A DNA stretch of 64,000 nucleotides from an uncultured Candidatus Saccharibacteria bacterium. Lineage in GTDB: Bacteria; Patescibacteriota; Minisyncoccia; UBA6257; GWB1-50-10. The position numbers and the translations under genes are program-made. Below, piece by piece: positions 56,989 through 64,000 of the stretch. The stretch spans positions 751-64,750 of the forward strand of contig CAYISA010000005.1 in the NCBI GenBank assembly GCA_964365955.1, written 5' to 3'. How positions within the stretch are numbered: the first letter of the stretch is position 1; the number at the start of each line of letters is the position of its first letter. The notes under the pieces were generated by a model. That model saw only the letters and a program-made list of their open reading frames with translations, was not told where the DNA came from and searched no databases.

Positions 56989-58522
56989 TCTTTAACCGAT
57001 ACTGCAGCGCCTCGGCAAGATGGTTTTTTGTTATACATTCCGACCCGTCAAGATCGGCGATGGTGCGTGCTACCTTTAGCGTTCGATAATATGCGCGCGG
57101 GGAGATGAAAGCTTTTTCGAGCGCTTGTTTCAAAAACGTTTCCGCCGGCGCATCCAATACGACTAGCAGGTCAGTCTGTTTTGAAGACATTTCGGAATTA
57201 CTCCAGATGTGTGGACGTGTGTGCGCGAAACGGTTGTGTTGGATGCCTCGTGCGCTCTTCACACGTGAACGGAAGTCCGCATCGTTTTTTATTTCGGGAG
57301 TTGCGCGAAGCGTTGCAACGGAAAGGCGCGGAATCTCGAGTTGGATATCGATGCGGTCGAGAAGCGGTCCGGACGCCTTTTTCTGATAGCGAAAAATTTC
57401 ATGTGCGGTACAGCGACATTCTTTTTCGGGATCTTCAAAGTATCCGCACGGACACGGGTTCATGGAGGCGAGAAGGGTGAAGCGAGCCGGGAAAACCAGC
57501 GCTTCCTTAGCGCGGGCAATGTGGATGCTTCCGTCCTCAAGGGGCTGTCGTAGACCTTCCAGTACATCGCGGTGAAATTCCGGCATCTCGTCCAAAAAAA
57601 GAACACCGCGGTGCGCCAAACTGACTTCGCCTGGGCGGGGGTTCGTCCCACCTCCTAAAATTGCGACAGCAGAAGCACTGTGGTGAGGCGCTCGGAAAGG
57701 GCGCCACGCAATAATCGGCGTACTTCCCGTGAGCCCCGCCGCGCTCCAGATTTCCGTAATTTCTATCGCTTCTTCAAGAGTCGGTGTCGGCAAAATAGAC
57801 GCAAACGCTTGCGCGAGCATTGTTTTTCCGGTTCCCGGAGGTCCGGACATAAGAACGTTGTGTCCGCCGGCGGCGGCGACAAGGAGCGCTCGTTTCGCGT
57901 GATCTTGCCCCTTGACTTCGGAAAGAGAGAAGAGTGAAGGAGGGAGCGCGGAAGTGAGTCCCGGCATATGGGATACGGGCGGAATAAGATGAATACTTTC
58001 CAGATGTTCCATGAGTTCCCGCAGTGTAGTGACGGGAAATATTTTTAATTGCGGAACGATCGCAGCTTCGGCTGCGTTTTGTGCGGGAAGATACAATTCT
58101 TTGAATCCGCGCCGTTTTGCGAGAAGCGCGATATTCAATGCCCCGTTCACCGGACGGAGGGTACCATCCAGTGAAAGTTCCCCCACAAACAGCGCGTGTG
58201 CTGTTTCGAATTGCTGAAGCTGTTCGCTTGCCAGAAGATATGCGAGTGCGATGGGGAGATCAAATCGCGACCCTGCTTTTTTTATATCCGCCGGCGCAAG
58301 ATTGATGGTAATGCGGCGGTTTTCTTTCGTGGGCGGCTTGATTCCGGAATTTTTCAGCGCCGAATTGACACGCTCTTTTGCCTCGCTCACCGCTTTGTCG
58401 GCGAGCCCCACGATGTTAAACGAGTGGAGACCGACGTTAATGTCGGCTTCCACTTCAATAAGGTTTGCCTGGATTCCCTCGAGTTCCGCGGAAAATAATT
58501 TAGGGATTCCTTTCCCACGCAT
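56978..58522 (-). CDS. YifB/ComM-family Mg-chelatase-like AAA+ ATPase.
   Basis: Walker A MSGPPGTGKTMLA and a Lon-protease-like N-terminus. ComM-like length. Confidence 0.85.
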   Translation of the reverse strand: MRGKGIPKLFSAELEGIQANLIEVEADINVGLHSFNIVGLADKAVSEAKERVNSALKNSGIKPPTKENRRITINLAPADIKKAGSRFDLPIALAYLLASEQLQQFETAHALFVGELSLDGTLRPVNGALNIALLAKRRGFKELYLPAQNAAEAAIVPQLKIFPVTTLRELMEHLESIHLIPPVSHMPGLTSALPPSLFSLSEVKGQDHAKRALLVAAAGGHNVLMSGPPGTGKTMLAQAFASILPTPTLEEAIEITEIWSAAGLTGSTPIIAWRPFRAPHHSASAVAILGGGTNPRPGEVSLAHRGVLFLDEMPEFHRDVLEGLRQPLEDGSIHIARAKEALVFPARFTLLASMNPCPCGYFEDPEKECRCTAHEIFRYQKKASGPLLDRIDIQLEIPRLSVATLRATPEIKNDADFRSRVKSARGIQHNRFAHTRPHIWSNSEMSSKQTDLLVVLDAPAETFLKQALEKAFISPRAYYRTLKVARTIADLDGSECITKNHLAEALQYRLKISE

Positions 58523-58525
58523 GGT

Positions 58526-58870
58526 TTATGCCGTTTGCCTAAGTTTGCAATCCTGACAGAGCTCGGACTCCGGATCCACTTCAAGAACGGCTAACGGGAT
58601 AGGTTGCTTGCATGTTTCGCATATTCCGTACGTCCCGTCCTTTATTTTTTGAAGCGCCGTATCAATGCGTTCCGTTCGTGTTTTTAGGGATTCCACCAGT
58701 TCCACCTGATTTGAAAATTCAGTGGTTTCATCGCCTTCTTCCTGATACGAATCCGTATCATCGCCGTAGTCGCGTGTTTTTTGCAATTCTTCAAGACGTT
58801 TTTTAATTTCTTTTCGCCCATTCAAAAGTTTTTCCGAAAAACGTGTGATTTGCTCGGTTGAAAATGACAT
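58526..58870 (-). CDS. DksA/TraR-family C4 zinc-finger protein.
   Basis: CETCKQPI...CQDCK (C-x2-C-x17-C-x2-C) after a coiled-coil N-terminal half. Confidence 0.7.
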   Translation of the reverse strand: MSFSTEQITRFSEKLLNGRKEIKKRLEELQKTRDYGDDTDSYQEEGDETTEFSNQVELVESLKTRTERIDTALQKIKDGTYGICETCKQPIPLAVLEVDPESELCQDCKLRQTA

Positions 58871-58925
58871 TGAAAAAACAATAGCTCCTCATGGAGCCAT
58901 TGTCAAACGTTTAAGTGGGCAGAAT

Positions 58926-60017
58926 TTATTCCAGCCGCCGCAGCGCCTCTTTAAAGCCGTCATAGGACGCGCTCATGATGAGATACTCCCCTTTCCACGC
59001 GTAATTAAACGAAGCTCCGGGCATGGCAAACGGCTGGTAGCGTGTCGGAGTTCCGTTCGCGGAGCCCGATTTCCAGGACTGCGAAACGCCAGGCGATTCA
59101 AGATAAAAGTTTAAGGAAGCGGAGCTCTTTTCGATTTCCCCGATCTGTTTTTGAAGATCTGGAAGGGAGGTTCCTGTTTTCGCTTTTGCCACAAACCCCA
59201 GCCATGTTCCTTGCGGATTGGTGAGCGCGAATAGCGAGAAATCGGGCTCGAAAGAAGACGCGACGGTAGGGGTGAAGATAGCGGGTAAAACACCCTGGGT
59301 AAAAAGTTCTAACGAGAGAAATTCTCCACCCGATGTTTTTCCTATCATCTCCTTAAAAACAAGAACGTTCGCGGTATCGAACGCGATTGCGTTTTTGATG
59401 TCTGCGACCGTAAGAGAAGCTAACGGAAGATCAATTTCTGTGTCGGTCGGAGATTTAAAAAGGGATGCATGAGATGCAAGGGGCTGGGGAGTATTTTGTG
59501 TCTCCGGTGCGGGCACGGGTTCCGGAGCCGGCGAAGGATTAGGAATAGGAGACGGAATGTTTGGAGTTTCCGCCGGTGCCACATTTGGCGCCGCTTTTTC
59601 CGAAAAAATCATGGGGTAAAGAACAAAATATCCGAGTGCGGCAAGTCCCACAACAATCACCGCGGTAAGAATTCCCACCATCACCCCTTTCGAAGATTTT
59701 TTCGGGGCGCTCATTAACGGCGCGGGAGCGTTCACTGGTGCGGGAGAGGAAGGAGGAACGGGTGCCGGTTTGGGGGGCATAGGAACGGAAAAAGTCGGCG
59801 CGGAAACATTCGCAGTGACAGTCTTCTCGGGTTGCGGTACATACGAGCGCGGCATTCCTCCGCCGCTTTCTTGAGCAGATTTCTGATCGGATGCCATAGT
59901 GCGCGTATCCAGTTTTGGAACAGGAGGAAGCGGCGCGAGCGGAACCTCTCCTTCGCCTGTCCCGATGCCCGGTGTTTTTGTGGGGTCCCAAGGCTGACCC
60001 ATCATTCCGTTTGTCAT
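58926..60017 (-). CDS. Pro-rich single-pass membrane protein of unknown function.
   Basis: Central TM helix, Pro/Ala/Ser-rich low-complexity regions, and a C-terminal globular part. Confidence 0.45.
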   Translation of the reverse strand: MTNGMMGQPWDPTKTPGIGTGEGEVPLAPLPPVPKLDTRTMASDQKSAQESGGGMPRSYVPQPEKTVTANVSAPTFSVPMPPKPAPVPPSSPAPVNAPAPLMSAPKKSSKGVMVGILTAVIVVGLAALGYFVLYPMIFSEKAAPNVAPAETPNIPSPIPNPSPAPEPVPAPETQNTPQPLASHASLFKSPTDTEIDLPLASLTVADIKNAIAFDTANVLVFKEMIGKTSGGEFLSLELFTQGVLPAIFTPTVASSFEPDFSLFALTNPQGTWLGFVAKAKTGTSLPDLQKQIGEIEKSSASLNFYLESPGVSQSWKSGSANGTPTRYQPFAMPGASFNYAWKGEYLIMSASYDGFKEALRRLE

Positions 60018-60087
60018 TATGATTTATTATACCATGACGCAAAAAGCGCTTCCAGAAGAGCGCTTTTTAAAGGCAAAAAACAACAAA

Positions 60088-62160
60088 TTAGACCGCCGCT
60101 TTTTTATTAACTTCGAGCGCTTTCATCGAAAGCCCGATACGCCCCTGTTCCACCCGAATGACTTTTGCCCGTACCACATCTCCCATTTTCACTACATCCT
60201 CCACGCGCTCCACAAACCCATTTTTAAGTTCCGATACGTGGATCATGCCGTCTTTGCCTGCGCCCAAATCCATAATCGCGCCGAAGTCCAATACTTTAAT
60301 AATCGGGCCTTCCACGATCTCCCCGATCCGATATTCATGCACAATTGCCTCCACCATGAGGCGAGCTTTTTCCACCATTGCTCGATCCGTGCCAGACACG
60401 AACACCTTCCCTTCCTGTTCAATGTCGATTGTGATTTTGTTTTCGCACGCCGCAATCATCCCATTGATTACTTTTCCGCCCGGACCGATGACTTCGCCAA
60501 TTTTTTCGGGATCGATCGGGATAATGACCATGAGCGGCGCGAATTCCGAGACATTTGGACGCGGTGCGGAAAGAGCGCCGGAAATAACGCCCAGAATTTC
60601 ATGCCGCGCTTTTTTGCCGCTTGCGAGTGCGTCCTTAAAAATAGTTTCCGTGATTCCGTTTACTTTCACATCCATCTGGATGGCGGTTACGCCCGTATCC
60701 GTTCCCGCTACCTTGAAATCCATATCCCCGTAATGGTCTTCGGGACCCTGAATATCCGTTAAGATTTTATACGCTCCCGTGTCATCCGACATAAGACCGA
60801 TTGCAATTCCACCCACTGGTTTTTTGATGGGGACGCCCGCATCCATAAGCGAAAGTGTCGTCGCACACGTGGAAGCCATGGAAGACGATCCATTCGAAGA
60901 CAGCGTTTCCGCGACTACCCGAATGGTGTAAGGGAACACGTCTTTTGTGGGAATCATATTGATGAGCGCCTTTGCGGCAAGCGCGCCATGCCCGATTTCG
61001 CGCCGTCCGGGACCCCGCGAACGGCCGACTTCTCCGGTAGAAAATTTTGGGAAATTATAATGCAGCATAAAACGTTTTGTCGTTCGCCCCTCCATGGTTT
61101 CGGAGATTTGTTCGGTAGACGGCGAGCCCAGAGTCGTTACTGCAAGAACCTGCGTATCTCCGCGCATAAAAATAGCGGAACCGTGCATGCGGCGAAGCGT
61201 GGCCACTTCCGCGTAAAGAGGACGGATTTCGTCCATCGCCCGGCCGTCCACGCGTTTTCCGTCTTTGATGGCAAAGGTATGCACGAACTCATCCACGATC
61301 TGTTCGAAAATTCCCTCCACCAGTCTCAGGTTTTCCACCGTTTCGCCGCCGGTTTTCAGATGTTCAAAAAGAAAATCTTTTACTTCTCCCAAAGTTTGGT
61401 TTTTGAGAGCCGCTTCCAGATTTTTCAAAACGAAACTTTTTACCGCTTCACGAAGGCGTGGCTCCGGTTCGGGAAGCGCGACATTCGTTTTCTTTTTTCC
61501 GATCTCCTTTATAATCCCTTCCTGAAATTCCACAAGGCGGTTGATTTCGTCTTGGATGGGTTTGTATAATCCTTCAATTTCCCCCTCTTCGATTTCAGTT
61601 CCTTCGAACTCGATCATGTTCACATGATTTTTCATCCCGGCAAAAAATGCTTCGTAACGAAAGATTTGGTCAACGGTCTTGTCAGAAAGCCGAATAGCGG
61701 CTACCGGACCGCCCCACGGGATGTCCGAGATGCCAAGGGCGAGTGACGCCGCCAAAAGGCCCGCTTCGTCGGGGTCGTGTATTTCGTCATAAGAAAGCAC
61801 CGTAAGCGTTATCTGTACATCGCGGCGAAGCCGATGATCGAATAAGGGGCGGATAGTGCGATCGATCAGGCGTCCGGAAAGGGTTGCGTCGTCCGAGCTT
61901 TTTCCTTCTCGACGAACAAAGCGGCTCCCCAAAATTTTCCCGGAAGCATAAAACCGCTCTTCATAGTCCACCGTGAGCGGAAAGAAATCCCCTTCCTTGT
62001 CCTTGTTTCCCATTACGACCGTTGCAAGAACCGCCGTGTCGCCATAATGCGCGATGACCGCCGCATTGGCTTGTTTTGCGAGATCGGAAACCTCGAACGT
62101 AAGTTCCGCATCCCCCATCTTCGTTGACCACTTTTTTCTTTTTAATATTTGTTGTTTCAT
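60088..62160 (-). CDS. pnp: Polyribonucleotide nucleotidyltransferase (PNPase).
   Basis: Two RNase PH-like domains plus C-terminal KH and S1 regions; canonical rpsO-pnp order. Confidence 0.93.
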   Translation of the reverse strand: MKQQILKRKKWSTKMGDAELTFEVSDLAKQANAAVIAHYGDTAVLATVVMGNKDKEGDFFPLTVDYEERFYASGKILGSRFVRREGKSSDDATLSGRLIDRTIRPLFDHRLRRDVQITLTVLSYDEIHDPDEAGLLAASLALGISDIPWGGPVAAIRLSDKTVDQIFRYEAFFAGMKNHVNMIEFEGTEIEEGEIEGLYKPIQDEINRLVEFQEGIIKEIGKKKTNVALPEPEPRLREAVKSFVLKNLEAALKNQTLGEVKDFLFEHLKTGGETVENLRLVEGIFEQIVDEFVHTFAIKDGKRVDGRAMDEIRPLYAEVATLRRMHGSAIFMRGDTQVLAVTTLGSPSTEQISETMEGRTTKRFMLHYNFPKFSTGEVGRSRGPGRREIGHGALAAKALINMIPTKDVFPYTIRVVAETLSSNGSSSMASTCATTLSLMDAGVPIKKPVGGIAIGLMSDDTGAYKILTDIQGPEDHYGDMDFKVAGTDTGVTAIQMDVKVNGITETIFKDALASGKKARHEILGVISGALSAPRPNVSEFAPLMVIIPIDPEKIGEVIGPGGKVINGMIAACENKITIDIEQEGKVFVSGTDRAMVEKARLMVEAIVHEYRIGEIVEGPIIKVLDFGAIMDLGAGKDGMIHVSELKNGFVERVEDVVKMGDVVRAKVIRVEQGRIGLSMKALEVNKKAAV

Positions 62161-62178
62161 AACTATTCAATTCTTATC

Positions 62179-62712
62179 TTAACGTGTCTGTTTTTGACGC
62201 TGCGGCCGGATTTTCAAAAGAATGCGGGGGATGGATTCCATTTCGATAAATCGATCCACCTGTTCTTTTAGTTTCCCCGAAGTCGTTCGGCTGAACGCCG
62301 CCACTTCCACCTGTTTTCCCATTCCCCATTTGATGTAATCCACAAGCGGAATAAAGTCTCCGTCGCCGGTCACTAGAATCACAACATCCAGAAAATTAGC
62401 CATGCGGATGGCGTCCACTGCCATACCCACGTCCCAGTCCGCTTTTTTCGAGCCGTCGGCGTTGATCTGAAGTTCCTTTAGGCGAAGCTCCAGTCCTGCT
62501 TTGCGAAGCGCGTCAAAAAAAGATTCTTCCCCCGCTACATATTCGCTTTTTACGACATAGGCGACCGCGCGAATCAGTTGCCGTCCGTCCACGAGCGTGC
62601 GGATCAACTCCTCGAAATTCACGCGCGAGTGATACAGATTTTTCGCAGAATGATAGACGTTCTGCACATCGATGAAAATTCCCACGCGCTGATGCGGATA
62701 CGCATTTGCCAT
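62179..62712 (-). CDS. NYN/LabA-like domain protein.
   Basis: VGIFIDVQNV ... VVILVTGDGDFIPLV pattern typical of NYN (PIN-like) domains. Confidence 0.7.
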   Translation of the reverse strand: MANAYPHQRVGIFIDVQNVYHSAKNLYHSRVNFEELIRTLVDGRQLIRAVAYVVKSEYVAGEESFFDALRKAGLELRLKELQINADGSKKADWDVGMAVDAIRMANFLDVVILVTGDGDFIPLVDYIKWGMGKQVEVAAFSRTTSGKLKEQVDRFIEMESIPRILLKIRPQRQKQTR

Positions 62713-62738
62713 AAGGGTGAAAATAAAAATTCCCGAGC

Positions 62739-63005
62739 TTACGCGCTAAGCTCGAGTTTTTTTACTATTTTTTCGTAGTGTTTTTCGTTTTCTTGTTTCA
62801 GATACCGCAGAAACCGGCGACGTTTTCCCACCATCATTAAAAGTCCGCGCCGCGAATGATTGTCCTTTTTGTGTGTTTTTAAGTGTTCTGCGAGGGCGGA
62901 AATCTGCTTGGTAATCAACGCGATCTGCACTTCGGCGGAACCGGTGTCTTTTTCGTGGCGACCAACTTCTTTTGCCGCATTCTGTTTTTGACGCTTGGTA
63001 AGCAT
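62739..63005 (-). CDS. rpsO: 30S ribosomal protein S15.
   Basis: [13 protein letters not shown]...[27 protein letters not shown] matches S15. Start taken at the internal Met of the longer ORF. Confidence 0.9.
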   Translation of the reverse strand: MLTKRQKQNAAKEVGRHEKDTGSAEVQIALITKQISALAEHLKTHKKDNHSRRGLLMMVGKRRRFLRYLKQENEKHYEKIVKKLELSA

Positions 63006-63092
63006 AAAAGCATTGTAATCCGTACAGTAGAAAATGTCAAAAAATACGTTTCGCAAAAATATTTTGCGACAGATAAGCTATAATGAATTTAG

Positions 63093-63977
63093 ATGAAAGA
63101 AGTCGAGAAGCTTTTAGAGGACTATCTCGGATATCTCGAAGTGGAAAAAAACCGTTCCGCAAAAACGCGCGAAAACTATGGGCGGTATCTTCATGTATTC
63201 CTGAAAGAAACCGGAGTCGCCTCTCCCCGCGGTATCACCGCCGATGCGGTGCGTAAATTTCGCGTAGCGCTTGCACGGACAAACATCAAAAAAATAACGC
63301 AGAGCTATTACGTGATTGCGCTCCGGAATTTTCTGAAATATCTGATGAAGCGCGAGTATGAAACTCTTTCGCCGGACAGGATTGAGCTTCCGAAAATTGC
63401 ACGGCGCGATATCGAAGTGCTGGACTATAAAGAGTTGGAGCGGTTGCTTGCGGCGCCCCAAGGAAACGATCTGCGTGTGCTTCGCGATCGGGCAATCTTG
63501 GAAGTATTGTTTTCGACCGGGCTGCGCGTTTCGGAACTCTGCAAACTGAACCGCTATCTTGATTTGGAGCGCGGGGAAATTTCCATTCGCGGGAAAGGCG
63601 ATAAAATTCGCGTGGTGTTTTTATCCGGCAGTGCGAAGAGTGCGATACAAAAATATCTGAAAGCCCGCGCCGATGCGGAAGAAGCGATGTTCGTAAGTAT
63701 TCAAAAAAACGGAACAGTGAGGGGAGGCATTATCCCGCGTACCATAGAACGCGTGGTGGATACCTATGCGCGCAAGGCAGGGATTCCGAAAAAAGTGCAT
63801 CCCCATCAGCTACGGCACTCGTTCGCGACCGATTTGCTGATCAATGGCGCCGATCTGCGCTCCGTGCAGGAATTACTGGGGCACGCAAACATTTCTACTA
63901 CGCAAGTCTACACTCATTTAACCAACAAAGAACTTCGCGATGTGCACGAAGCATTTCATGGAAGAAGGAGAAAGTAA
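63093..63977 (+). CDS. Tyrosine recombinase, XerC/XerD-like.
   Basis: C-terminal catalytic region HQLRHSFATDLL...LLGHANISTTQVYTH (R..H..R..Y). Confidence 0.85.
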   Translation: MKEVEKLLEDYLGYLEVEKNRSAKTRENYGRYLHVFLKETGVASPRGITADAVRKFRVALARTNIKKITQSYYVIALRNFLKYLMKREYETLSPDRIELPKIARRDIEVLDYKELERLLAAPQGNDLRVLRDRAILEVLFSTGLRVSELCKLNRYLDLERGEISIRGKGDKIRVVFLSGSAKSAIQKYLKARADAEEAMFVSIQKNGTVRGGIIPRTIERVVDTYARKAGIPKKVHPHQLRHSFATDLLINGADLRSVQELLGHANISTTQVYTHLTNKELRDVHEAFHGRRRK

Positions 63978-64000
63978 GAAAGGAAGAGTTGGCATGCGTG

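Noticed and set aside
63093-63977. Treating the XerC/D-like recombinase as the integrase of a mobile element that carries the T4SS-like cluster.
   Set aside because: It lies 8 kb from the cluster, with core genes (ksgA, comM, pnp, rpsO) in between. No tRNA-flanked att structure is visible. A chromosomal XerC/XerD role is more likely, though an element extending beyond the window edge cannot be excluded.
1-64000. CRISPR arrays, IS elements or transposases, prophage structural genes, rRNA genes.
   Set aside because: No direct-repeat/spacer periodicity, transposase-like ORF, capsid or terminase ORF, or rRNA-like sequence was found on either strand.

Overview
This is a compact, gene-dense 64-kb bacterial chromosomal segment of about 50% GC with no rRNA genes. 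It contains a probable replication origin, several conserved housekeeping operons, and a candidate type IV secretion-like system. The origin assignment rests on the order dnaN<-dnaA | rpmH->rnpA->yidC->jag, with DnaA-box-like 9-mers in the dnaA-dnaN spacer. The housekeeping operons are infC(non-AUG start)-rpmI-rplT, rpsO-pnp, and smpB followed directly by a tmRNA gene. There are three aminoacyl-tRNA synthetase genes (trpS partial, ileS, argS) and dispersed ruvA, ruvB and ruvC. Other recognisable genes are polA, holA, murE, a PBP1A, a two-AAA Clp-family ATPase, a family-4 UDG, a beta-CASP/MBL RNase, a LOG-family protein, a PilB/GspE ATPase, ComM, a DksA/TraR zinc-finger protein, KsgA, an M23/LysM peptidase, an orphan histidine kinase, an XerC/D-type recombinase and one tRNA-Arg(CCG). 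The main accessory feature is an 11-gene, about 12.4-kb minus-strand operon at 42732-55111. It encodes a VirB4-type ATPase split in two by an in-frame TAA, a VirB2/TrbC-like pilin with a Cys-rich tail, a VirB6/TrbL-like giant membrane protein and a PrgI/VirB3-like small membrane protein that carries a (GAA)9 repeat. It also encodes several secreted or membrane proteins of unknown function. No relaxase, VirD4 or VirB11 is visible. I interpret this, as inference, as a T4SS-like or DNA-translocation apparatus rather than a classical conjugation module. The other notable observations are listed here. The IleRS carries an inserted histidine-phosphatase (PGAM-like) domain of about 200 aa. A GC-rich gene with a consensus sigma70 promoter is interrupted by an in-frame TAG. 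A DAC-NUDIX-MGMT operon has overlapping reading frames. The Clp-type ATPase is membrane-anchored. The tRNA-Arg gene lies inside the 3' end of an O-antigen-ligase-like ORF. The gene repertoire is reminiscent of reduced-genome Patescibacteria/CPR-like bacteria, but that is inference only. All functional calls come from motif recognition by eye; no database search was run.
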